Source of the DNA: Balanoglossus misakiensis
Taxonomy: Eukaryota; Animalia; Hemichordata
Length of the DNA stretch: 64,000 nt
Direction of reading: 5' to 3'
NCBI GenBank assembly: GCA_040954595.2
Contig: CM082576.2
Span: 6,079,129 to 6,143,128 of the forward strand
Shown here: piece by piece, positions 1 to 18,523 of the stretch
Position numbering within the stretch: position 1 is the first letter of the stretch
Layout of the letters: every line of letters begins with the position of its first letter
Notes under the pieces: model-generated
The model's database searches: none
What the model was told of the DNA's origin: nothing
What the model saw: the letters and a program-made list of their open reading frames with translations, nothing else
Position numbers and translations under genes: made by a program

Positions 1-574
1 GTGGCTTTCTAAGGAGTGGGGGAGATGGGTATATCGATATATTCAGCGGCTGTACTCTAATGGTAACACTACAACTGACCAAGGAAAAATCACACTGTGT
101 GGATAAAGAATAGAACGACCCATTTTTGTTGTGGTTTTGCTGTGTACGGACATCACATCGCATCATGCACGCTCTATTCTGCGGACTGCATTCCATGAAC
201 GCTTGTTTCAATAGTACCTTGGTAACCCAAATCAACGCGGATAAGTCAACGAGCACAACTGGGTAACTAAGAGTAACTGCTCAAGAATTTCATACAAATA
301 CTGGAAGGGGCGGGCGAGGATTAAAAAAATAACATTCCCAGCTAATTTCCTATATATGTCTTCAGATCTGGTAGACAAGTGCCTTATAACACTTCATGTG
401 AGATTAGTTCATATGCGTTGAACTATGGAAATTTAACCTAACCGTGAAACATTCCTAAAAAGGTCAGACTTTATTTTCCTTATGGCCAATTTCTATTTCG
501 CGGAAAACCTCCCGAAGAATTGATCAATTAAACATCTCGAAGAATCAAATTCCATGATTGTAACGTTTACTCAC

Positions 575-993
575 TGGTAATGTTGCATCTAAAAGATCCT
601 CTTTTCCAAAAGCAGGGTTATTTGTGACAATATGTTCGTGTTTCCCAGTTTCTTTTCTGACCACGTCATCGACTTCATCAACGCTAGTCATAGGCGGGGG
701 TCCATCACCCAGCATTTTTCTGCGATGAAAAGCGTGTATTTTGTTATGTTAAAAAAACAAGCAGGCAACTGATACATTAATTTAAGAGAATGTTTTCTCC
801 GGACGAAAGTGGTAAAGTGTGTATATGAAGCAAAAAAAAAAACGTAAACGTAACTTGGTTAGCAGTCATCGCGCAAATTGACTTACTTTCGTTTGTACAT
901 GTGACAGGCCACCAATATGAAGACGAGGATGATGACGAATACCACAACACAAGCCACGGCGATGATTATGATCATAATCGTGTTCTTCTCCAT
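575..993 (-). CDS. Uncharacterised small single-pass membrane protein (3' end unresolved)
   Basis: Not in the ORF track. Coding exon 993-887 (tttcag acceptor upstream at ~1003, ATG at 993, donor gtaagt) splices in frame to exon 719-575 (cgcag acceptor, gtgagt donor). Product: MEKNTIMIIIIAVACVVVFVIILVFILVACHMYKRKKMLGDGPPPMTSVDEVDDVVRKETGKHEHIVTNNPAFGKEDLLDATLP. A ~24-aa hydrophobic span is followed by a basic KRKK stop-transfer cluster. No later exon was located. Confidence 0.65.
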
Positions 994-3591
994 GGTGATC
1001 ACCTGAAAGACACAAGTCGCACTGAGTCGGTCAATGATCCGGAATGATTCTGAGTCTGAATATTAAGGCGTCGACGGAACAAGGCCAGAATATGAACAAG
1101 AGCCGAAATGGTGTCTGCCAGGGCTTATTCAAACAACTCAGGACAATATATTGTGATATTTCTCTCTGCCACCGATCCCACGGACCGATACGCACTGGAC
1201 ACCACCTCGATTAGTAAAGCTAATCAATGGATATTTTCTAAACAAATATTTAATTTGTAAATCTTCCTAATGACGTTGCCGATATTAATAAATTCGCTTG
1301 ACATAATACGATTTGTCGACCTAATCATTGCAACTGTATAAATATTTGATGAAACTGCTGGTTGTACAGGGATTTCATATCCGCTCCTTTATAAAATCTA
1401 CATTTACCTTTGAATAGCACATTTAATGTTCCTTATAGAAACAGGCTAGCATATGCTGCCTTCAAATTGACCTCAGTTTAATAATGAACGCTTATCACAG
1501 ATTTCTAGAAGTCGATTATATTAATCTAAGAGAATATTCATGGAATGTAAGACATAACAGTTTAAAGGCTATGTAAGGCATAGTTTTAACCGGTCATATG
1601 CAAGGGATAGTATCATATTATATTAATCATATTACGTTTACATTGAGAGTCGGCATCTTGGTACTTTCAGTGTAATTATATAACCTGTTACGGCTCTATA
1701 ACGAAATCTGGGGCAACGGTTTAACTCACTGTTCAATGCAAATGGGGAGATGTTTTTCTTTTTTTGTCGCCGCAAGCAAAATTGTGATCCCCGACCAGCT
1801 AATAACCGACTGTGTGCACGCATTGAGAATACGGTCGACTGCCCCACTCAAATCGATCTGATTACAGTCGGCAACAATGGAAAGGAATGTCTGAAAAGGG
1901 GTCGCGTACCATTCACTGGTCTGATCGACTTATGACCCGCTTTGAGGGTGAGATCTACGCTCTGTCAGTACAGGTGGCATTGGTGCTGGCACAGCTGATA
2001 GTCATTTGCCGTGCCACAATCCCGCCGAAATGTGGTCTTGGTGCGTGCACGCAGCGTCAACAATGTGATGATAGAGCGGCCAATTTTATCACACGCGAAA
2101 AGTGAAATGTCTATACGTGATTCTGAGAAAGTTAATTGACACCTCGAGGGCAAAGGCGCTTGATGAATGCAATCAATTCTTCGTTATTGCGTCCTTTGTT
2201 TCTCTTAATTTGCGGTGTAAACTTTGAAAATCGTCCCGGATTTTTCGCCTGTCTAACATTACAAAGCGCCTTACGCCACGGAATATAACATTGGGTCAGA
2301 GAAATACCGGGAGGATTAAAATACTTCGACTTTGACAGACTACTATAGTTTGCCCATCATACTTTTTTGGTTGGGCGTGCCAAGGGCGTGCCCTATCAAA
2401 AAATAACAGTATACCTATTACCTGCTCAGACAATTCACTCCTGGTTCAAAGTTCAAGGCGCAACCGCGGTCACAATAACAGGGCCTCTTCACTTCAGTTT
2501 CGGAACCTGTATATCGTAAAAATAAAGAAAGAAGGCGTCCGTTAATTATAGACATGCGAGTTAACACTTGAATTTTAAGCTTGATTCTACTAGTATTATC
2601 ATTATACTTTTACACTCACAGAACCACTGAATTTGCTGTTCGTTATCGTGTACGGTCCGTTCGAAAATATTCGACACAACAAGCAGGACAAATGCGCATA
2701 ATGCAGTCGCCGACAGAATGGAAGAAGGGTCGGAAGTGTTCATTGATCGAATTCAATAGAGTGTTTACAGAGGAACGTTCGTGTCAGGAGCAACGACCTG
2801 TTGGAGTGACGTTGTCACAAAACAGAGAGGGGTACGGACGGTGTGTGTTCGTCCGCGCCTAGTCTGTGAGCGGTGATGACATCAAAAGAGCTGAAATTCC
2901 CTGAATGTGAATGCCAGGGTGAAAAACGCATGAACTTGGTCCCCTAAACAAGGACACTTCTACAGAATTCGACACACGTTGCACCTCTACATAAGATTAA
3001 TTGATACGAGAAAGTAAAATTAAGCGGTCCTTCTCGGTCGCGAGGATGTGCGGAAAGGTTACTCCAAAAATGTCGATCGTACTGCTCTTTTCGGTTTTAC
3101 CATTACAACAAACCCGGCGAATGTAACACCGAAATGCAACTTCGTCAGCCTATTTGCCACACGTTTCTGGGCGTTAACTTAAAACGGTGGAATCAAAATG
3201 GCGTCAAAGGTCGCTGCGGAATAGAGATGACCGATAATCCTTTCGCTCAACATTTGTTCGCTCTACAGGCAACAAGTGAAATGAAGGCAATATTCGTACT
3301 TACCATGGTAACAGGACGCTAAGTACCAGGTACAAATGTTCTCTGTGTCACTATGGCTTCAGATCGAGATAGGTGTGTGTATCGGTCACTCAATGTAGAT
3401 GACTCAATGAAAGTGAAGGCTTTATCGTGCCAGCGCCTATACATATTTTAAATACCGTGGCTTCTGTGTATTCTTATGTAAACGAGGTAGCCATAACAAT
3501 ACGTTCGTGCACTTTGCCATGCTACAGTTTTTTTGTTGAGTGAATAGCGCCCTCAATATACAACACTGAACAGTGAAGTGTGTCAAACTGC

Positions 3592-3654
3592 ACATACATA
3601 CATACATACATGCATACATACATACATACATACATACATACATACATACATACA

Positions 3655-3684
<30 letters not shown>
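3592..3684. repeat. (CATA)n microsatellite
   Basis: About 23 near-perfect CATA units read directly from the sequence. Confidence 0.97.
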
Positions 3685-3686
<2 letters not shown>

Positions 3687-4060
3687 AATTCAAGTTTCTC
3701 GTCACTTTCAATTGCATGAAGACGTAAACCTTTTACGTTTATCTTTCACCGACTTTGAGATGTGATGGAGTGCAAGGTATCAGTTTATAAAATAACGAAA
3801 TTTCCATGATAATTAAGATTTCTGTTTATAGTTTTGCAAGATATGTCTAAAAACAAACGATAACTCGGTAGTACATGTATAAACATTTTACTTAGTGTCC
3901 GTTCCCCTCTATATGGTATCATATACATAATGGATAACATATGGGGAATAAATATTTTTTTTTCTGGACGAGAATAGCCTCCCTCCATCCGCAGAAATGT
4001 CAATTCAAATTTACGGCGGAACAACCACAGACCGTCGGGCTCTACAGTAGCCCCCAAATG

Positions 4061-6353
4061 TCACTCCACAATTTCTGTGTCTCTCTGGTTTGACGTGCCA
4101 TAGCTTCTTCTGGTCCCGTGCTGTTTGCCTCCCAGTAACACCTGCTCCACGGGTCCACTCTCCAAATCCAACAGACTCTGACGCCTCTGGTCTGGCCCGG
4201 GTTTGACAAACGGGTCGGCGGCTACCAGCAGGAGACCAGCCGCCACCGAGCAAGCACCGTAGAAATAAAAAGAGAAGTCGTAATCGCCGGTTTTGTCGTA
4301 TATGAAACCTGGAAAATTGAGTAATTGTGCTTGAATTAGAAGTTAACATTTTGACAGGTCAACACCCCAGAACGGGATCAATCGATGTTGCACAAAAACC
4401 AGCGCTATCGCGAAAGTTCAAGCCCTATTTAAAGGAATGACAAAAAAACACTTTGCGGAGGTAAGGGAAACGAGCATAAGGTATTTGACTTTGTGGCAAA
4501 TATAGCATGAGTTCAACGTTCAACACTTGGAAATACTTAGGTTATCTTAGTGTGATAAACACTGCCAAAAAATTACAAATTCTTTAAAACAGCAACCGTT
4601 CGGGGTAGTTGGATTACACTCACCTGCTAAAGTTGGACCGAACAATCCCCCAACGGCAAGGAACGGGGTAGCTAGGCCAATGGCCGCAGTCACGGTCTGG
4701 GGTCCCACCATGTCTCGGACAACCTGGATTTGCAAGGAGGAGATTATTCCAATGCAAAATCCCAACAGGGCGACGTAGACAGCATAGGAGACATAGGTCT
4801 CCGTGAAGGCGCTAACAAGGTTCAACACCCCCGCCAAGAAAATGGAGAATCCAAACGAATAGACGCTGCTCCCGCGTCTCATCAGGTTCGGCACAAGCCG
4901 CCCGATTGTGCCGAAAACCCCGAAAATGGACAGCAGGAACGAGAGCCGCTGCGACGGGGCAAGGTCGAGATCCTCGGCGCGCACGTAAAAGTGTGGAAGG
5001 GCACCGAATAAGCCTAAGCCGATGCCCAAAAAGACGGTGATGACGTAGACGGTGAACTGTTTGTACTGGACGAAAACATAGAGATCGAGTCTCTCCGCGC
5101 ACGCCCCGAAAAACGATCCTTCTCTTCTGGAATTGGAGACTTGTCGTGAACGTTCTGTTGTCTCCACAGAACTGCGAGCTGAAGTTTCCGGCCTGCGGAA
5201 GAAGAGAGCACAGATGCACATCTGCAGATTCATCCCGGAGAAAACAAGCAAAGTTTCCCTCCATCCATACTTGTTTATCAGGAACTGAAATAAGGGAGGC
5301 AAAGCAATGCCACCGACTCCGCTACCCACCATTACCAGGGAATTGGCGAGGACGTATTTCCGTTTGATGTAGGCTGCAACTATCCCGATACTTGGACTGT
5401 AGATGAGCGCATAGCCGAAACCTGTGACGCAACAAAAAGAAAAAGAAATTACTAATAGCTAATACAGATGTGAGATTTTCTTTAGAGATTTAGTTTACAT
5501 GTCATCATCATCATCATCATCATCATCACCACCACCCACCACCATCATCATCATCATCATCATCATAATCATCAAAAGATACTGACCTACGAGAACTCCA
5601 AAGGTGATATTCACCGTTTCCATAGTACGAGCGAAGCTGCTAAGAAGCAAGCCAGCCGATGACACTACACTTCCTATCATGACAGTCGCTCGATGACCAA
5701 ACCGCTTTACACCCACGTTGGCTATGGGACCTACAGATTACAAGCATTAGTAAGTCAAAGTCCCCCAAATTGACCTTAAAGCGAAATTATTTATTTGCAA
5801 CTTTTATTAATACTTTAAAGCATTTTGGTTAAATTGTCACTCTCTCTGCCGATTCAGATCTCTTTGAGTCAGTATCGAAGGACGCAAATTGCTAACCAAC
5901 GGTCGCCAAGGACATTGATATGAATGAAAATACAATATTTCGTTTATCTTCAGTGAATGAAAAAATAATGCAGGACCAAACAAATCGTTCAAACGCAAGT
6001 TTTTCCCTTGCCAATGCTAGTTACGTCATACATATGCGCTGTACTCATCGTGATACCTGGCTCCCTTGATCTGGGCGCGTGAAAACCGAGAAGATGGGCG
6101 TGCCTTTTCTTTGACCCTTAACCTTACCGCAGCCAAACTGGAAGAGAAACATCAGTGACAAGAGCCATGACGTGTTGGCCGAGGTTGCATGGAAGTCTTG
6201 CTGCAGCGCAACAAAGAGTGGTCCGATAGCCTGCTGCAAGCCGAGCACAAATATGTTGCAGAAGTGCGACGCGAAGACAACCATCCAGCCATACCAGCCG
6301 CCATCTTGGTGCCGAACAGCTGCAGCGTCTTTCCAGCCAGAATGTCCTTCCAT
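4061..6353 (-). CDS. Monocarboxylate transporter family (SLC16/MCT) member, paralogue A, ~471 aa
   Basis: Four exons: 6353-6128, 5730-5587, 5421-4624, 4308-4061. All introns are GT-AG and the frame is continuous. SLC16 signatures: DGGWYGWMVV, GPIANVGVKRFGHR, YGWRETLL, GFIYDKTGDYDFSFY. The orthologue within SLC16 cannot be assigned. Confidence 0.92.
5502..5573. repeat. (ATC)n/(ACC)n compound microsatellite in intron 2 of MCT paralogue A
   Basis: tcatcatca...ccaccacc...catcat run read directly. Confidence 0.92.
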
Positions 6354-7046
6354 AGGTGCCCTCTACGACCGCCGTCACACACCGGCCGCGAGAAATCGAA
6401 TCATTAAATGCCAAAGTTATCGAAGGCAGACTACACTCTAAGCATACATCGACGCCGTATTGCCATACAGCTGAGTTAAAATTTGCGTGCCCTGGCTGTT
6501 TGATAGGAAAGTGCAGCATGACGTCACTTTGGGTCACGAAGAAGTCAAGGCTTTTTGGAAAAGCCGAATCAAATGCCACAGTGTGTTTATTAAAACATTT
6601 AGAATCTGACCGCCCAAAACAGCTCGGAATCTGGCCAGAATAGCAAACATTTAATGGCAAATCGACCGAGATTCCAGCAAGAAGCAAATCACTATCAATC
6701 CCTACTATAAGGAATAAAACATCTTGGCACAGACTAAGCGTTTACATCATTATTTAACAGGCTAAATGGTTTCACATCAATACATATATACATGTACATA
6801 TATAAGTGTAAATTTTCAATTGTTTTGAGCGTACGTACTTGATTTCAGTAAGGGAAAAAGTCTGACGAAATTTCGCTTACAGATAAATGGCACCAGAATG
6901 AATCTAGCGAGTGGCCGTCCCCGTCGAAAGTCCATGAAACAGCTTGCCCACCACTCAGTTTGCACTATGAACTATTTGTCTGGTAACTTGTTGCCAGGCA
7001 ACAGGGTTATCGTTGACGATACTTTCATATAAAAAAAGTCCCGTGG

Positions 7047-8455
7047 CTACAACCTCGAATGTCCATCGGTGTTCTCCAAATCCCAGGATCGTTTTTGACT
7101 CCTAGCTGGTTTGACGAACGGGTCAGCAATTACCATTAGAAGACCACCTATCACTGAGCAGGTACCATAGTAATAAAAGGAGAAATCGTAATCGCCAGTT
7201 TCGTCGTATATATGACCTGGAAAACACAGAATAATCAACTGTTTACATGACATTGTATTGCTAAGTCAGTTAGAAGATCCGTTTCACAGCTTGTCTGATC
7301 AGATCAGAAACTGCTTTGACTTTGTGAACAGGAAGGATCTTCAGGATATCAACACCGACATGCACTGGGACCATTTGCTTTTGGCTCACGTCACACTCAT
7401 TATTTCACCATTCAGGCGTTTAGAACTTAGAGTTGTAATGAAATGAAAGTGTTGTGTGTTGTTATTTCTCACCTAAAACAAAAAAGCTCAACATGTAAAA
7501 GTGTGATGAACGGTACTCACCAGCTATTATTGGACTGACCAATGCAGCTACTGCTTCGAACAGACATGAGAGACCAAGACCAGGTGTTACATTCTCTGGT
7601 CCGACAATGTCACGGAGCGTCTGGCAGGTCATAGTGCATATTATACCGATGGTAAATCCCACGATGCCTATGTAGACTGCGTAGGACGTGTAAGTCTTGG
7701 CAATGGCGCTGGCAATGTTTAAAACTCCTGTCAGATATATGGCAAAGGCAAATAAATAGACGCTGTTGATGCATCTCGCGATATTTGGGACCAGTCTGCC
7801 GGCCACACCGCCGACTGCAAATATCGACACCAGCACAGACAGCTGCTGCAGCGGCGCGAGTCGGAGATCTTCGGCGCGTGCGTACCAGTGCCCCGGTGTG
7901 GAATACGTACCCAATCCTATTCCTATCGACTTTGCAATGACATAGACGGTGTATTGTTTGTGTTTGGTGAAAAGGGTGAGATCAAGTTGTTCCGTGAGCA
8001 CCCTCATTAGCGACTTTCCCCTCCTGTCCACTGGCACAGGGTCGCGTGAATGGTTGGCAGTAACTTCAGCATCGCCCAATGAAGCCTCTGGCAATCTGAA
8101 GAAGAGGGCACAAATGCACATCTGCAGGTTCACACCGGCGAAAAGGAATAACGTATCCCTCCAACCATACGAATTTATCAGGGCTTGAAATATTGGACCG
8201 AGCACTATTCCTCCGACGCTGCTGCCAAGATATGCCAGAGAGTTGGCAAGAACATATCGTTTCTTGATGTGCAAGGCAACGATGCCCATACTCGGAGCGA
8301 AGATGAGAGCATAGCCCGATCCTATCGTGGAGAAAGCAGTTAAAGAAAGGAAATTAACCTCGGATTTTTTACAAGTACATGTATTTGCAAACTTGCCTTG
8401 TCAATTTTGTGAATTCATTATGAGATATGGTCGCATATCATCATCATCATCATCG

Positions 8456-8534
<79 letters not shown>

Positions 8535-9431
8535 AACCACCACCACCATCATCACCGTCGCCGAATCAAATTTTAAATGTGTTATCTCTACATTCTGAAG
8601 TTTAAGGTATGCGAACGATGCAAATGAATGTATATCATTGTTGGTGGCGATGTTTGTGACAACAGTACCGGTAATGCCGTACTGTTGTGACTTAATATGC
8701 AATCGAAATATGACGTACCCACAAGAACTCCAAAAGTTACATTCACAACTTGGATATTCGGAGCAAATGAAGTGAGAAGGTAGCCTGCTGATGATATTAA
8801 ACTTCCCGTCATTACAGTCGCACAGTAACCGAAGCGCTTGACGCTTACATTGGCGACTGGACCTACAGATACAATTGGGGTTAATCTATTGAGTGCAAGT
8901 TGAAAGGATTGGACGCGAATAGGCTATGCATGGCTTCCGAATATAAAGAATATTGCCGTCCTTTTATTTAACATGTGTATTGAACACCTTGTCGTGTTCT
9001 GCAGTTTAAATACATTGCTACCGTTTATACGACGTAACGTACAAGCATAGACCCATAATCTGAGTTTGGCACGAAAGTAAGACCATGAAAGTAATAAAAA
9101 GGGCCCTGTCTATTGACAGGCGCCTGTCAATAACCAGTGCGTGTCGGGCCGGCTATTGACAGGCGCGTGTCAATAGACACTCCGTAAAAAAAAAAAACAG
9201 CAGCTACTAGGGCTTTAAATTCTTACCGAAGCCAAGTTGACAAAAGAACATCAACGATATCAGCCACGACGTCTGCTCTGAAGTGGAGCCGAAGTCGCTC
9301 TGCAATGCAACGAATAGTGGCCCGATGGCCTGCTGCACGCCAAACACGAAGAAGTTACAGACGTGTGATGCCAACACGACCAACCAGCCATAATAGCCGC
9401 CATCCTGTTGCTGGGGGATAGTGACAGCCAT
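7047..9431 (-). CDS. Monocarboxylate transporter family (SLC16/MCT) member, paralogue B, ~439 aa
   Basis: Four exons: 9431-9227, 8862-8719, 8321-7521, 7216-7047. Intron positions and phases match paralogue A (exon 2 is 144 nt in both). Motifs: DGGYYGWLVV, QQAIGPLFVALQ, YGWRDTL, GHIYDETGDYDFSFY. Confidence 0.92.
8437..8556. repeat. (ATC)n/(ACC)n compound microsatellite in intron 2 of MCT paralogue B
   Basis: About 32 ATC units followed by ACC units. Confidence 0.95.
9107..9179. repeat. Short double-palindrome element in intron 1 of MCT paralogue B
   Basis: Perfect 22-bp palindrome tattgacaggcgcctgtcaata (9111-9132), then a near-identical copy ctattgacaggcgcgtgtcaatag (9153-9176). The outer ends tgtctattgaca / tgtcaatagaca are inverted repeats. 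Confidence 0.75.
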
Positions 9432-10623
9432 ATTTGCCCGACGAAAGACCCGGGCATGATCCGTGCGCGGTGAAGGACGTTGTTTCCGATCGAGCCTACC
9501 TCATACGAAAGTACCAAGTGGGGTTTGCTGTACTGTAGCCTACTTTTGTAAGCTACGTGCAATTACTTTGATTTAAGACTGTGTTTGAAAAAGTATCCTC
9601 GCAAGGCTGGATGACCGCAGACTGGCGGTCTCATCTCAAGTCTCTGTGACCTGATTTGCGTGAAGGAACGTGCAGCATTACTATATGTCACTGTGACCGT
9701 GATTTGGGTGAAGGCCGACTCGACATGACAAAGCCGGGTATTCTCAACGTGCTCAATGCAGTTGCGCACAGACCGTTTTGACCAAAGCAATTTTCTCTTG
9801 ATCTGTGATCTACACAGCCCGTTTCCAGCCTATTTGAACAGCTACTATTGTATGAATATGTCCACTAAAAACTGGAAATACGCCAGTAAATGTAAACAAA
9901 TGTACTAGCCACAGACATGTGGCCGTGGATAAGGATCCCTTAGAGAAGCATAATAACTATAGAGGGTTTCTACACTTAATTATTTACTAATAAGCTTTTA
10001 TTTCTCGTAATAGGACAGAATTTAACTTAAAATGTTGAGCAAGTATACCATCTCCTCAAGAGCCGGAAATTAAAAACTTCACAGCATGTTTCATTGATCA
10101 TATTTTGAAGATATTTTCCATTCTCTTGAGAATTGCGATTATTTTTTACTGGAAACTATATTTCTTTTCATACTTGCATGGTCTGAAAGAAAGATATTTT
10201 CAACACAACTTCCCAAATTGAAGAAACAAACAATCATTGTATAATGAATGGCTCAAATCCACCATGTAAAAGACTGGAATGAAAAACGGGCAACGGAGCA
10301 AATCTTGCAAAAAGGCCAATGACCTTAAGTGACCCAGGCTGGACATTCGCAAAATAAAATATCTGACACACAGTCAACCCTCTTGATCCAATCCCACCAA
10401 TCTTGAAATACTGGCACATTGTCCACGAAAAAAACATCACACTGGTGTTTGGATAATAAAAATGTGTGAAGATCAGTTAAAAATCTCACTGGCTAGTGGT
10501 CTGACACACTCCAGATTTTTCACTTCCAGCGTGGCAGATACAAGGTTTTTTTCTGACTTTTCCCCGATACATTCTATTTTTTACAACGTTCCTGAAAAAT
10601 ATATACAGGTCATTCCGCCTCTT

Positions 10624-17291
<6,668 letters not shown>

Positions 17292-18102
17292 CTCTGTGGA
17301 GTATAAACGAACAAACCGCAAACTAAAATGTCTAAAGAGGGTTCAACTTCTCCAGATGTGCACCGATGGTCTTTGACGGTGGTGTATAGAGCACGTCCTG
17401 ATGCCTACTACAGCCAGGTAAACGTGTTATCATCTGCTTGGTCGAGACTGTACACACATATAAGCGGAGACTGATCTGGAAATTGTGCACACTTCCGGGT
17501 TAGGCTGACCACAACACAGAACGGAAAATACAGCGGCCCCGAGTGTTCTCGCTCAAATCGCCATAACAACGGCAATATAATTGACAAAGTAAGAGAAACC
17601 CATAAGAACGCTGTGTCTTCGATTTTCAGCAATCATGAGCCGGAAGCCAGCTGAAGCGAAGTCAATAGTTCGACGACACGTATGGAACTGTTAAGAAACG
17701 AGCTCTGTGATTGGCCACTCAGCCGCAGCAGCGAAACCCCAGATATGTTTACGGTTTGCGTTTATTCTCCCTCCGAAAAACGTAGATACCAAGTCCTCAA
17801 TATCCGCTATTGATACATTCTAACTTTCACTTATATCGAAATACGAATATGCTTCTCATAGTAGTGTCGCGTTTTGACCAATCGTAACCCACTTGACAAA
17901 TAACTCAAATACCTGGAAAAGTACGCATGCGTAAAGGGGTCATCTAAGGTTGTCACAATGTATAAGTTTTAATGTTTACAACTTAATTTCGTACGTCCCG
18001 GGGCCGGGGGATCGATCAGGAGCAATTTCTTCAAAAATTATTTATGGAAAAAACTTCCATGGGTTAGAAGATCTTCATAATATTGTCTGAGTTGCCGAAG
18101 TG
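17292..18102. promoter_or_regulatory. Putative bidirectional promoter between SEL1L and the LRR gene
   Basis: Head-to-head genes in a CpG-richer interval. ETS-type cacttccggg (~17490) and ccggaag (~17640), CCAAT boxes (~17710, ~17878), NRF1-like palindrome tacgcatgcgta (17922-17933). Candidate 5'UTR donor of the LRR gene at 18103 and acceptor at 18500. Confidence 0.55.
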
Positions 18103-18523
18103 GTAAGTTTTGATGTTAATTTTGGATCATCATCATGTTTGTAACTTTCTAAGAATTCCATGAATGTACCATGCAACTCAAGCTACTTTGGCCATTTAAT
18201 AAGCTGCATGTATCATTTCTTTCACCAAAAATGGGTATACTGTTATTGCATCTTAAATCAAAGAACGTTCTTTACGCGAAATACTTTGTGAATTTGTTTC
18301 TCACTTGTCATATAATTTTTTTCCAACTTTATAAAACAAATGAAAAAAAAAATATTTGATATATTATGTAAACATACCTCTCAGAATTCCATACATTGGT
18401 GTCAAGGCTGGTCCGATGCAATTTAAAAAAGCAAATCTCACAAAGGTATTTTCCTTTAAACCACATTATTGACATCACTTTCACTTTTTCTGCAATTTAG
18501 GGATGTGAGAAGTTGAACCAACA

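Noticed and set aside
3437-3679. ORF with MYVC repeats
   Set aside because: Translation of the (CATA)n microsatellite.
6900-6940. Segment after the MCT-B stop translating as SWTFDGDGHSLD, echoing the C-terminal SWDLENTDGHSRL; considered stop-codon readthrough
   Set aside because: A second in-frame TAG occurs 25 codons after the first, before this segment, and the similarity is too short to be significant.
8327-8702. Poly-Ser and poly-Met ORFs
   Set aside because: Translations of the intronic (ATC)n microsatellite.
17700-17900. ERSE/ERSE-II elements in the SEL1L promoter
   Set aside because: CCAAT boxes are present, but the spacing to CCAC does not fit CCAAT-N9-CCACG or ATTGG-N-CCACG.
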